64,000 bases of DNA from Octopus sinensis (lineage: Eukaryota). How positions within the stretch are numbered: the stretch's first letter is position 1; the number at the start of each line of letters is the position of its first letter. Shown here one piece after another: positions 12,721 through 24,314 of this stretch. The position numbers were made by a program, and so were the translations under genes. The notes beneath the pieces were generated by a model, which saw nothing but the letters and a program-made list of their open reading frames with translations, ran no database searches and had not been told where the DNA came from. The DNA lies in assembly GCF_006345805.1 (NCBI RefSeq), contig NC_043002.1, positions 98,704,001 through 98,768,000 on the forward strand, given 5' to 3'.

Positions 12721-12885
12721 ATAACAAATGGTCTAAATGGAGTAGCTGGACAAACTGCAGCTCTAAATGTGGCGGAGGTCTTCGGTACCGCAAACGAAAC
12801 TGTCTTTCTTCTCATCCAGAGGTGTTGGCTTATTGTAAAGGACCCCAAATGGAAGTGATGCATTGCAATATGCAACCGTGTCATG
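12721..12885 (+). CDS. Sema5: Semaphorin-5-like gene, internal TSP1 exon (165 nt, phase 1-1)
   Basis: Polypyrimidine tract plus AG at 12719-12720 and GT donor at 12886. Encodes DNKWSKWSSWTNCSSKCGGGLRYRKRNC...CKGPQMEVMHCNMQPCH, a canonical thrombospondin type-1 repeat (WxxWxxW, CSxxCG, RxRxC). In frame with the next two exons. Confidence 0.88.
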
Positions 12886-13166
12886 GTAATTTAACCTTCT
12901 ATGACAGCTTGGCAATTTTACACAGAGAGAGAGAGAGAGGAGAGAGAGAGAGGAGGGGGGGGAGAGAGTAACTTTTCAATGATTTAATGAGATTTATAAC
13001 TTTGGATAATTTCTTACAAATTCATCACTTTCTCCTCTTTACAAGAGAATCATTAAATATAACATAACGTAATATATTATAATACAATATAATACACTAT
13101 AATGTAATATATAATAGAATATAACAACACAATAGAATACTGAATATAAAATGGCACTAATATTAA

Positions 13167-13386
13167 CCTTTTGATTCCAACCCACCTGAGACTGTCTTTG
13201 GTTCTATGATATATAAAATTTCTCTTTTAAAGTGATCCAAATTAAAGCCTGTTAAAATCTCACGTTAATCATGTTCCAAACACCTGCTTGATTATGACAT
13301 TAGTCATTTTACTAAATTCTTCATTATTTTCAAAATCATTTGAGGTAAAGGCAGTGGATTTCTGGAGAGACATGGAAATGAAAAGG
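13167..13386. mobile_element. piggyBac-type MITE (second family)
   Basis: TTAA at 13163-13166 and 13387-13390; imperfect TIR CCTTTTGATTCC / CCTTTTCATTTCC. Confidence 0.7.
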
Positions 13387-13648
13387 TTAAAGCATTCAAG
13401 CAACTATTTTATTTTATGAATAAATTTGTCTTTTGGTGAAGGAACATATTATAGAATAAATTGTGTTTGATAAGATGAGATTCATTAAAACCTGTAATAT
13501 TTTCTTTATATAATTTTCTAATTAATTTTTATTAAATTCCCTCTTAAACTGAAATGTCTTAGATTTGCTTCTGTGCTATTTCCACCTCCATCTTTTATAT
13601 ATAAAAATTTGATTTGTATAGATCTCTAAACTTTTTTCAACTATATAT

Positions 13649-13820
13649 GCACGTAAAAACCACGGAGTGGTTGGCATTAGGAAGGGCATCCAGCCGTAGA
13701 AACACTGCCAGATCTGACTGGGCCTGATGAAGCTTTCCGGCTTCACGGACCCCAGTTGAACCGTCCAACCCATGCTAGCATGGAAAACGGACGCTAAATG
13801 ATGATGATGATGATGATGAT
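13649..13820 (+). mobile_element. Family B RTE-tailed element, 3' part
   Basis: Same tail sequence ending in (GAT)n. Confidence 0.75.
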
Positions 13821-13831
13821 ATATATATATA

Positions 13832-14940
13832 CTAGCTGGTGTACCTGGTAATTCCTGGGGGTAAAGATGTTCTATTGAAATGCTTTATTACTTTAAGAAA
13901 GCAATTTCATTATAACTTCCACAAAAGGTGTATTTTCCATCATGAAAAAATATATAAAAAACTGTCAGCTGGAGGAGGGAGAGATTGCTGGAGGTTGGCA
14001 ACTCTCGAGCCATTGCATAATTTTAGGGGATCGAGGTTTCTTAAAAGCATAACTGGGGCTCCAACCTTTAGATGAAATTCATGCAGTGGTAGACCTGAAG
14101 GTGCAAGGCTATTGAAGAATTCAACGGGGTAATAAACAGCATCATTGGTGTGGAGCACAATATCAATTGACATGTATGTGCGACGATTGTCAAGCAGTTG
14201 TTCCAGAAGGTGATTGTTTATGCCATCGACTGCAACATTTTTTGGCACCAAAATTGCACGTTTTCTCAGCCAACAGTGGTCTGTGAATTGTGTGTTCAGA
14301 TTGGGTAAAAACTCTCACCAATAGTTCGTGTATATTTGACACCAAATTGCCAAAGGGTAAACTAATCTTCCCCTTCTGCTCAATAATTACAGCACCAGTT
14401 CCAATATCCATTAATTGCCTGCAGAAGTTCTGCATGTGTGCATCACCACCTAACTGCACTTTCATGTTTGTTGTGAGTTTCAACTTTCTAACCTTGCCCC
14501 AAAGGTATGAAGATTTGAGGCTCACATTTACCTCATCTGCTCTCGTACCCTTTGGAATGATTGTGAGTGTTTGTCGAAAGTCTCCTGCAAGGAGTACTGT
14601 TAGGCCACCCATTAGCCTTGAGTTGCACCTCGGATCTTGAAGTAATCTGTCAAAAGCCCCCCTTATGACTCATTGATGCTTCATCCCAAATGATCAATTT
14701 GCACTCAGTGGATGACTTTGAGATCAGGCAGCTTATCCATCCTCCCCTGAGCGCATTTCAAGCTATTCACATAGGTATGAATTGAATGAATCATTGTCTG
14801 TAATTTTGCAATCAGACGTTTGTCAACACCTTCATTCAGCCTGCACCACTGGTCAACTTCCTCATCGTCACCTCCCATAAAATACACCTGGATAAATTTC
14901 GGCTCAGTATCTGGTAAAGCTCTTAGGCTCCCCACTTAAT
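13832..14940 (-). mobile_element. Internally deleted Helitron (RepHel relic)
   Basis: Minus strand carries a Helitron N-terminal segment GSLRALPDTEPKFIQVYF (14705-14935), then PIF1 motifs CKLIIWDEASM, LLAGDFRQ, YPVEFFNSL and KVGAPVMLLRNLDPLKLCNGSR. The 3' terminus is a degenerate hairpin plus CTAG|T at 13832-13835. 5' end not found. Confidence 0.9.
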
Positions 14941-15766
14941 TATAGCATTGACACCTGATTTTGATATCAGAAAAAAAACCAAAAAAAAAAAAGAAAGAAA
15001 ATGGAGAAATTGTTTTATAAACACTGATTTATTGAAACAAATTCAGTTTTGAACAATATCAAACTCATAGAAGCTGCAATTGTTCCCATGTACAATTAAT
15101 TAATTCAAATGATTAATAATCCTCTGAATAACCCTAAACTTTAACTTTATACAACATAGCAATATTGTTTACAATATTTAACTATAGTACTACATGATAA
15201 GATTTCCCCTATTTCATTATCAATGGTCTGCTAGTGGCCAACCCCCTTAATTGTCAGTTAACATCTTGATTTAGGTTTTTCCTTTACCAAATCTCATGAT
15301 ATTTTTTCTAATAAATCTTGATTTTTTTTTATGACTATACCCACTATGATTTCTGTCTACTCCCTCAGCCCTACCCCAAACAGACACTGTCCCTTGTTCT
15401 CTCGGCATTAGATATACAAGGATTTGATAAAACTAGTATAAAAATTAAAACTGACCCCATAAAAAACAGTAACAAGCAAAATCTATAACAAGTCTCTCTT
15501 CCTAATACTTTAGTAGCTTCTAAGCTGAAGTGAAGGCAGCATGTTCTTTGTCTATCTCCATAACTTCTTGGAGATTTTAAGTAAAATTATACTAATGTGT
15601 CCATCTGTTTTAATTTAATTAGATTCTGTGTCTTTGTGGAACTGAGGATTGCTCTGCATTTAAATTGATGAAATGGTTGCATTGTTCAATTAAATGAAGT
15701 TGCGTGAAATTATTGTACTGCATTACCTCTGGATATTCTTGTTGCTTATTTAGATTTATGTGTATA

Positions 15767-15825
<59 letters not shown>

Positions 15826-16045
15826 CACATATATATATACTTGGAAATAGATGTATGTCATTCATTCATACAGTAATATAAATAAAATACATATATGGGT
15901 ACAGGACAACACATATGCATTTATATATGCATATACATATATATGTATATATATGTATATGCATATACATATATATCCATATGTATATATGCATATAGAT
16001 ATATATGAATATATATGCATATATATGTATATGCATATATATATA

Positions 16046-16292
16046 TCATCATCATCATCATCATCATTTAGCGTCCGCTTTCCATGTTAGCATGGGTTGG
16101 ACAGTTCAACTGGGGTCTGTGAAGCCAGAAGGCTGCATCAGGCCTAGTCTGATCTGGCAGTGTTTCTACGGCTGGATGCCCTTCCTAACGCCAACCACTC
16201 CGCGAGTGTAGTGGGTGCTTTTTACGTGCCACCCGCACAGGTGCCAGATGGAGCTGGAAAACGGCCACGGACGGATGGTGCTTTTTACGTGC
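16046..16292 (-). mobile_element. Family B RTE-tailed element
   Basis: (CAT)n followed by the reverse complement of the family tail. Confidence 0.75.
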
Positions 16293-16945
16293 ATATATAT
16301 GCATATATATGTATATGCATACATATGTATGTGCATATATAAATGCATATATATATATGTATTTGCATATATATATGCACATATATATACATACACATAT
16401 ATATATGTATATATACATACACACATATACGCATACAGCGCAAAAGCATATATTTCCATTTTTTTTTTGAGTAGGTTTCATGTCTTTGTGCGCATGTGTG
16501 CGCACATGCCTGTACATGTGTTGGTGTCTGAGGTAATAGCTTTTATTTGTTTTGACGATGAGGCAGCATTTCCGAATAGATATGTAGCCTCAAGTGATTC
16601 GAATAATCACAAAAGCAGCCGCACCTGCACCATCAAGTAATTCCTAATAGATATCAGTGCTATACAGGTTTAATTAAAACTTTGGCTTGCAACAGCTTAC
16701 AACTGTCAGGGAGATTTAAAGTATGAGACACAAAATAATAGTAAGAAATACGAATTCTAATGAAACTATTAAAGAGATCTCAGGCTAAGACGTTGGCATC
16801 AAAGTTAAGTTGAGTCTTGTTAGGTTATAAAGTAATTTGATATTTTGATATGAATACATATGCATATGTATACATATGTGTGTTTAAGTATGTATATATG
16901 TGCATATATATATATATAAACACACACACATTATATATATATATA

Positions 16946-17902
16946 TCATCATCATCATCATCGTTTAACGTCCGTTTTCCGCGCTAGCACGGGTTGGACG
17001 GTTCGACCGGGGTCTGGGGAGCCAGAAGGCTGCAACAGGCTCCAGTCTGATCTGGCAGTGTTTCTACAGCTGGATGCCCTTCCTAACGCCAACCACTCCG
17101 CGAGTGTAGTGGGTGCTTTTTACGTGCCACCTGCACAGGTGCCAGAGGGGTCTGGCATCGGCCACGATCAGTTGGTGCTTTTTTTTTTTTTTTATTTGTG
17201 CTACCGGTACAGAAGCCAGTCAAGGCGGTGCTGGCATCGGCCACGTTCGGATGTTGCTTTTTATGTGCCACCGACACAGAACCCATTCGAGGCGGGGTTG
17301 GCATCGGTCACGTTCGGATGGTGATTTTTATGTGTCACTGGCACAGAAGCCAGTGGAGGCTGCACTGGCGACGGCCATGTTCGGATGGTGCTTTTTATGT
17401 GTCACCGGCACAGGTATCACAACTACTGTTTCCATTGATATTTGGTTCGATGTTCATGTACATGCACTTGACTCAACAGGTCTCCTCAAGCACAGCGAGA
17501 TGTTCCGGGATCCCACGATCGGTTGGTGCTTTTTATGTGCCACCGGCACAGAAGCCAGTCGGGGCGGTGCTGGCATCGGCCACGTTCGGATGTTGCTTTT
17601 TATGTGCCACCGGCACAGAAGCCATTCGAGGCGGGGATGGCATCGGTCACGTTCGGATGGTGCTTTTTATGTGCCACCGGCACAGAAGCCAGTGGAGGCT
17701 GCACTGGCAACGGCCTCGTTCGGACGGTGCTTTATATGTGTCACTGGCACAGGTATCACAACTACTGTTTCCATTGATATTTGGTTCGATATTCATGTGC
17801 CACCAGCACAGAAGCCATTCGAGGCGGGGTAGGCATCAGTCACGTTCGGATGGTGCTTTTTATGTGCCACCGGCACAGAAGCCAGTGGAGGCTGCACTGG
17901 CA
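16946..17902 (-). mobile_element. Family B element with expanded internal ~60-bp tandem units
   Basis: Tail at 16946-17140, then about 12 copies of CCACGTTCGGATGGTGCTTTTTATGTGCCACCGGCACAGAAGCC-type units. Confidence 0.8.
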
Positions 17903-17906
17903 ACTA

Positions 17907-18130
17907 CTCTTTTACTCTTTTACTTGTTTCAGTCATTTGACTGCAGCCATGCTGGAGCACAACCTTTAGTCGAGCTAATCGACCCCTGGACTTATTCTTT
18001 GTAAGCCTAGTACTTATTCTATTTGTCTCTTTTGCCAAACCGCTAAGTTACGGGAACACAAACATATCTGCATCAGTTGTCAAGCAGTGTTGGGAGGACA
18101 AACGCAGACACACGAACAAATACACATACA
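17907..18130 (-). mobile_element. SINE family A, 3' half
   Basis: Reverse complement of the family A tail. Confidence 0.85.
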
Positions 18131-18131
18131 T

Positions 18132-18535
18132 AGACGTAGGAGTGGCTGTGTGGTAAGTTGCTTGCTTACCAACCACATGGTTCCGGGTTCTGTCCCACTG
18201 CATGGCACCTTGGGTAAGTGTCTTCTACTATAGCCTCGGGCCGACCAAAGCCTTGTGAGTGGATTTGGTAGACGGAAACTGAAAGAAACCCATCGTTTAT
18301 ATGTATATATATATGTGTGTGTGTGTGTGTATGTGTTTGTGTGTCTGTTTGTTCCCCCCAACATCATTTGACAACCGATGCTGGTGTGTTTACGTCTCCG
18401 TAACTTAGCGGTTTGGCAAAAGAGACCGATAGAATAACTACTAGGCTTACAAAGAATAAGTCCTGGGGTCGATTTGCTCGACTAAAGGCGGTGCTCCAGC
18501 ATGGCCACAGTCAAATGACTGAAACAAGCAAAAGA

Positions 18536-18536
<1 letters not shown>
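18132..18536 (+). mobile_element. SINE family A, full length
   Basis: Head, internal microsatellite and tail all present. Confidence 0.9.
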
Positions 18537-18584
<48 letters not shown>

Positions 18585-18949
18585 TAATCCTACAGCAGGC
18601 TAGAACCTTTTCCAGGAGGAAATGTATACACCACAGAATGGCTAAGGAAATACCTTTGACATTTTTTGTGTATGTGCGTGTATGTATGTGTGCATGCATG
18701 TTTCTCCTAATGGCAAATCAATGAATGCATGCTTAAAAGTGCATATTTGTTGGTATGTGTATGCATGTACTTACACATCACTTTTGTGTTTAGACACAAA
18801 ACACACATACATATGCAATGACACATCTACATATATGAATGTAAATGATACATATGTATCCATCTACATATGCTAGTAAGTATGTATGCACATCTACATC
18901 TGTAAGTGCAAATTTGTGCATCTGCACATAATATATATAAGGTATATAT

Positions 18950-19368
18950 AGGCGCAGGAGTGGCTGTGTGGTAAGTAGCTTGTTTACCAACTACATGTTT
19001 TCGGGTTCAGTCCCACTGAGTGGCACCTTGGGCAAGTGTCTTCTACTATAGCCTCGGGCCGACCAAAGCCTTGTGAGTGGATTTGGTAGACGGAAACTGA
19101 AAGAAGCCCATCGTATATATGTGTGTATATATATATGTGTGTGTGTGTTTGTGTATCTGTGTTTGTCCCCCTAGCATTGCTTGACAACCGATGCTGGTTT
19201 GTTTATGTCCCCATTACTTAGCGTTTCGGCAAAAGAGACCGATAGAATAAGTACTGGGCTTACAAAAGAATAAGTCCCGGGGTTGTCGAGTTGCTCGATT
19301 AAAGGTGGATCTCCAGCATGGCCACAGTCAAATGACTGAAACAAGTAAACGAGTAAAAGAGTAAAGAG
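18950..19368 (+). mobile_element. SINE family A, full length (partial 5' copy follows at 19437-19571)
   Basis: Head, internal microsatellite and tail all present. Confidence 0.9.
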
Positions 19369-19598
19369 TATATGTTACCTATTTCTGCCTACCCATATTT
19401 CCAACTCTCATTCTTCCATGAAATTAGTTGGGTTTCTGGCTGTGTGGTAAGTAGCTTGCTTACCAACCACATGGTTCGGGGTTCATTCCCACTGTGTGGC
19501 ACCTTGGGCAAGTGTCTTCTACTATAGCCTCAGGCCAACCAAAGCCTTGTGAGTGAATTTGGTAGACGGAACAAGAACAGGACAGTGGAGACAGACAA

Positions 19599-19942
19599 GG
19601 AAACCGAACGAAAACAAACATGGAGGGTTATGCGACTCTTTACTGTTTTCTCACCCATCGTTTTCTCTCTTATCCTTTTCTCCCCTTCACCGTTTTCTAT
19701 CTGTCTCTCTCTTTTTCCCCTCTTTCTCCTTTTCTCTCTCTTGTTGCTCACACATAGCCATCGTCCATTTTTCTTTTCCTCCCATGATCATCTTTCTTTT
19801 CTTTCAAGACTGTTCTAAGGACTAGACGTATACTATCTCTCTTCTACCTTTTCCCTTGTCAAAGAAGATATTTCTCCAGCGTTCGCTATTTTACGCTCGT
19901 TCTTGTCTAACAGTCCACCATGTTTATTTTCGTTTGGTTTCC
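19599..19942. mobile_element. Candidate MITE with ~28-bp imperfect TIRs
   Basis: Left end GGAAACCGAACGAAAACAAACATGGAGG; reverse complement of right end GGAAACCAAACGAAAATAAACATGGTGG. No TSD identified. Confidence 0.55.
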
Positions 19943-19976
19943 TATATATATATGTGTATACACATATATATGTATG

Positions 19977-20017
<41 letters not shown>

Positions 20018-20470
20018 ATACATACATACATACATACATACATGAATGTATGTATGTATGTATATATGGATATGCCTTGGTTTTGTCATACGGAAGAACA
20101 ATATATTAAAACTTATAGAAATTCCTAATTCTGTGTGATACAGGATAATAGCTATGACAATATAACTGCACTACTGCTGACACCTATAACTGCCCATCTT
20201 AGAACGAAAATGAGAACTACCTGGACTCTAGTAAAAGAATTTCTGTGAGACAATTTTGTTAGACCCTTATGTAACCAGTCTTCATTTCTGAGCAAACACC
20301 ATACAATAATCAAGTTGGCTCTCGAATGTAATTCTATGAAGCTTTCACAAAACTCAGAGTCATGTGTCTTCATTTTATTAGTGTGATCATCCATAAATGA
20401 TATTACACACCTATCCTTTTCCTTGTGGTTGAGTAGTCTATTTTTGGAGTATGAACCACATCTGATCATG

Positions 20471-20511
<41 letters not shown>

Positions 20512-20635
20512 GTATTTATGAATTCATATTTAGATATACATACGAGTGCGTGAGTGTATATATATACACACACACACATATGTATTTATGAATTCATATT
20601 TAGATATACATACGAGTGCGTGAGTGTATATATAT

Positions 20636-20694
<59 letters not shown>

Positions 20695-20838
20695 TATATA
20701 TACACATATATACACACACAGACACATATATATATATATACAACCCTCCTTCTTTCCTTCTTTCCTGAGCGTCCAATAATACTATATTTGTTCCACGTCC
20801 TCGCGTTGTGTTTTTTTTGTGCTTTCTTGTTTGGATTA

Positions 20839-20880
<42 letters not shown>

Positions 20881-21239
20881 CATGCATGTATACATACATA
20901 CATATATATATAAGTATATTGCACGCACACCCATTTTCTCTTTGTCATTCTGTAATTCTGTGTGTCTATCCTGCTTTCTCTTTCTCACTCACCTATTCAC
21001 CCACTCACTCACTCTCTCACTCACTCACACGCCCTATTTCTATGTATATGTATAGGGTGGAAGAGAGAAGGAGAGAGACAGAGAGAGGAAGAGATATTAT
21101 AAAACTAAGATTAATTAAGTAATGCTGGTTTCAGAATAAGCAACATACATTAACTATATTAAATATGAACTATCCCGCATCTATCTAGCTATCTATCTGT
21201 GTGTGTGTGTGTGTGTGTGTGTGTACACATGTGCATATA

Positions 21240-21291
<52 letters not shown>

Positions 21292-21416
21292 GACACATAC
21301 ACACACATATGTACATACATACACATACATAGATATATGTTTATTCATCTGTTTAAACACACGCACACGTACACATGTTTGCATATGTAACTATATGAAA
21401 CATATTTTCATTATAG

Positions 21417-21563
21417 ATTCTACAGGGAAAGTTCCGTGGTCCCTTTGGTCAGCTTGTCAAGCAGAAGGAATTCGTTATCGCTACAAAATCTGTGGAAAGA
21501 AGGCGAAACATTATGGACATTGTAATGGACATAATGTTGAAATTGTCCAATGTTTTACACCTG
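21417..21563 (+). CDS. Sema5: Semaphorin-5-like gene, short divergent TSP1-like exon (147 nt, phase 1-1)
   Basis: TTATAG acceptor ending 21416 and GTTAGT donor at 21564. Encodes DSTGKVPWSLWSACQAEGIRYRYKICGKKAKHYGHCNGHNVEIVQCFTP, with WSxWSxC and RYRxxxC motifs. Confidence 0.82.
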
Positions 21564-21577
21564 GTTAGTATAAGTAT

Positions 21578-21634
<57 letters not shown>

Positions 21635-21758
21635 ATATATATATTATATATATATATATATATATGAGAGAGATAATTGTGTCATTGAGACCCAAATGTG
21701 TCAATGCTCTAATATCTACACAGCCTTGGTTTTTTTATCTTATTACTCAAAAAATTCT

Positions 21759-21808
<50 letters not shown>

Positions 21809-23223
21809 GCACGAGTTAGTTGCGAAAAAGACACACGTTGGACGAAGCGTGGGCAAACGGCGGGCGTAACTGGGACTCTCTCTATTGCATTGAGTAGTCG
21901 TAGTAGTTCGGAGTTATCGAAAAGCCGTCGTCTCGGCGGCGGCGAGTTCGTCGAGTTTCTACAACTTCTACAAAGAACTACACAGATGATTTGCTTAGAG
22001 TGATTAAATGTTTGTGCTGTACATAAGCTAAATTCCTTCATTAAATTTACATTGCTTGCATAAATGCACAGCGTGGTATTGTAAGAACATTAGACTAATA
22101 CCGAAAAATACTTTAGGAATGAGAACCCAGGTTCGAAATTCCCTAAGATACCTGATGAAGGCTGGAGAGTATATCTGCCCGAAACGTGTTAACAACAAAC
22201 AAGATGAGGACAAATATCCGTCAATTGTAAATAAAAGGTTCTGAGTTAGGTGAAGAATAAATAATATAATATAGTATAATATAATAAAATATAATATATA
22301 TATATCAAGGGTTGAACAGATAGAATACAACAAGGAGAAAAATTTAGACGAAAGCAGAGCAAACGGAAAGCTAGACAAAAACTTAACGGACGGGGAACAT
22401 AAGCAAAGGCACGAAACATGGAATATTCGCAGTTGAGTTTTCCTCGTTAGTCAATGAGCCAAAATATCATCGTAGTTTCGCGCCACTATCATTGAGACCA
22501 CTCAATCTTGAAGGCGCCGGTGCCGTTATTAAGCTACTGGTAAAAAGCTAGCGAATGTATACTGAGACAGAAACAAACAAAACATTATATAAATGCAAAA
22601 GTTATATAAATACAATAGTTATGTTATATTATTCTGTTAATAACTTAGTAGAGTACAGTATAAAGCTCGTCCACCTTCAGATTTCACCCTGTGCTATCCA
22701 GCAGTAGTATTATACGTACTTCCAGATTTCCGTTTGAGCTTCTGTAGGTGTGAACAGATAACTGAAAAAAATTGAAGTCAAATTATTTCTACACAACGTA
22801 GTTCTCCAGGCGTGTAGGTACATGTATGTGTGTGTATTTGTATGTGTATTGGCGCACAGATTTATTTACATTTTCTGTAAATCTGTCTAATATATTTAAA
22901 AACGTAAGGCAGCGATCTGGACAAAATGCTTAGTAGCATCTCGTCCCGTTTTACATTCTGTGTTCAAATTCTGCCAAGGTAGACTCTATCCCTCATTCTT
23001 TCGGGTTCGATAAAGTAAGTACCTGTTAAGCACTGGGGTCAATGAAATCGGCTTAACCCTCCCCGAACTTGCTGGCCTTGTGCCCAAATTTAAAACCAAT
23101 ATATTAAAAACGTACACACAAACATATATTTATATACAGATCTATATTTAAGAGATGAGGAATTATTACATTATTTACTTTATTTACATTCGACGGATAT
23201 TTGTCCTCATCTTGTTTGTTGTT

Positions 23224-23269
23224 AACACAACGTTTCGGCTGATATATCCTCCAGCCTTCTTCAGGTGTC
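23224..23269 (-). ncRNA. Minimal type I hammerhead motif, intact core
   Basis: Minus strand: GACAC-CUGAAGA-A-GGCUG/CAGCC-GAAAC-GU-U-GUGUU. Stem III is reduced to the palindrome ACGU, which would require a dimer. Confidence 0.68.
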
Positions 23270-23300
23270 TTGGGAAACCCAGGTTCGAAATTTCCCCCAA

Positions 23301-23346
23301 GACACCCGATGAAGGCTGGAGGGTATATCAGCCGAAACGTTGTGTT
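23301..23346 (+). ncRNA. Minimal hammerhead motif with U4-to-C core change
   Basis: GACAC-CCGAUGA-A-GGCUG/CAGCC-GAAAC-GU-U-GUGUU. Confidence 0.58.
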
Positions 23347-23612
23347 AACAACAAACAAGATGAGGACAAATATCCGTCGAATGTAAATAATGTATATATT
23401 TATATATTTACATACATCAGGCTTCCGTCTCCTAAATCCACTCACATGGCCTTGGTTGGCCTAAGCTCTAATAAAAGATTCTAGCCGATGGTGTCACGCG
23501 GTAGGATTGAACTGTGAACCATGTGGTTTGGGAGGCAAACATTTTACCACACAACCACGCCTCAGTTTGGTTAATTATTTTTCATTCTGTCTTATTTTTA
23601 TCTTTTTACCAG

Positions 23613-24010
23613 AATACGACACCAGTTATGTAACGAGCAGCAACTACCCATCCTTCGCACTGATCCACCTAATTGCCGTGGCTGTAATAGGTTTCACTAT
23701 AGGAGCTCTATTGACCGGCACCATAATGCATCATATCCACAAGTGCCAGACCAGTCGAAAAGTGCGCATTACCAAACAAAAGAACGAAAAAGCCCAATGT
23801 AATATGAATCACGCGCCTTTCACATTATCATCATCATCGTTGTCACAAGCCAGTCTCGTCTATCTGAACAATGCCCCATCATGTCAACCCATAATGCTCC
23901 CACCGCCGCCACCAATCTCCAATAATATCAATGAGCTGAACATCAATGAGTTTTCAACGCTGAAGAGAAACTGTGACCTGAGGACTAATTTGGCACTGAA
24001 TGACCTTTGA
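23613..24010 (+). CDS. Sema5: Semaphorin-5-like gene, terminal coding exon (transmembrane helix and cytoplasmic tail)
   Basis: Polypyrimidine tract plus AG at 23611-23612; phase 1 matches the upstream exon. Encodes FALIHLIAVAVIGFTIGALLTGTIM (TM; resembles the FxLIHLIA start of the class-5 semaphorin TM as I recall it), then a tail ending TLKRNCDLRTNLALNDL-stop (TGA 24008-24010). TSP1 repeats plus TM plus tail is the Sema5 architecture; the sema domain is not in the window. Confidence 0.8.
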
Positions 24011-24152
24011 TCACATGACTAAGTTGTGGTTATGGGGACAGTGTTAGCGATGGTGGTGCTGTGTGTGTGTGTGTGTGTGTGTGTGTGATAGTGCCGTTGG
24101 TGTCGTGAATACAAAGATAATTGATATAACACAGGGAGAGTGAGTGAGCGAT

Positions 24153-24185
<33 letters not shown>

Positions 24186-24280
24186 AAGAAAGAGAGAGAG
24201 AGTAAAACGAAAACGGGAGAGGGTGACTGAATTTGTAAAAGTATTTATATGAAATTAAATGAAAAATAAAGGAAAAGAAA

Positions 24281-24314
<34 letters not shown>

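Larger units (their letters stand above)
23180..23390. mobile_element. Fold-back (palindromic) Penelope-like cassette with two opposed hammerhead motifs
   Basis: 95-bp arms at 23180-23274 and 23296-23390 with about 3 mismatches and a 21-nt spacer. A degenerate half-copy of the same family lies at about 22100-22235. Confidence 0.8.

Noticed and set aside
16946-17902. Repeat-spacer-like pattern suggesting a CRISPR array
   Set aside because: Units are contiguous tandem variants without unique spacers, in eukaryotic intronic DNA with no cas genes.
17113-18004. 239-aa and 268-aa ORFs with repeated motifs
   Set aside because: Translations of the ~60-bp tandem units in a family B element; no domain and no splice context.
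24254-24270. ATTAAA and AATAAA as a possible poly(A) signal for the semaphorin gene
   Set aside because: Such hexamers are frequent in this AT-rich DNA; cannot be assigned without transcript data.
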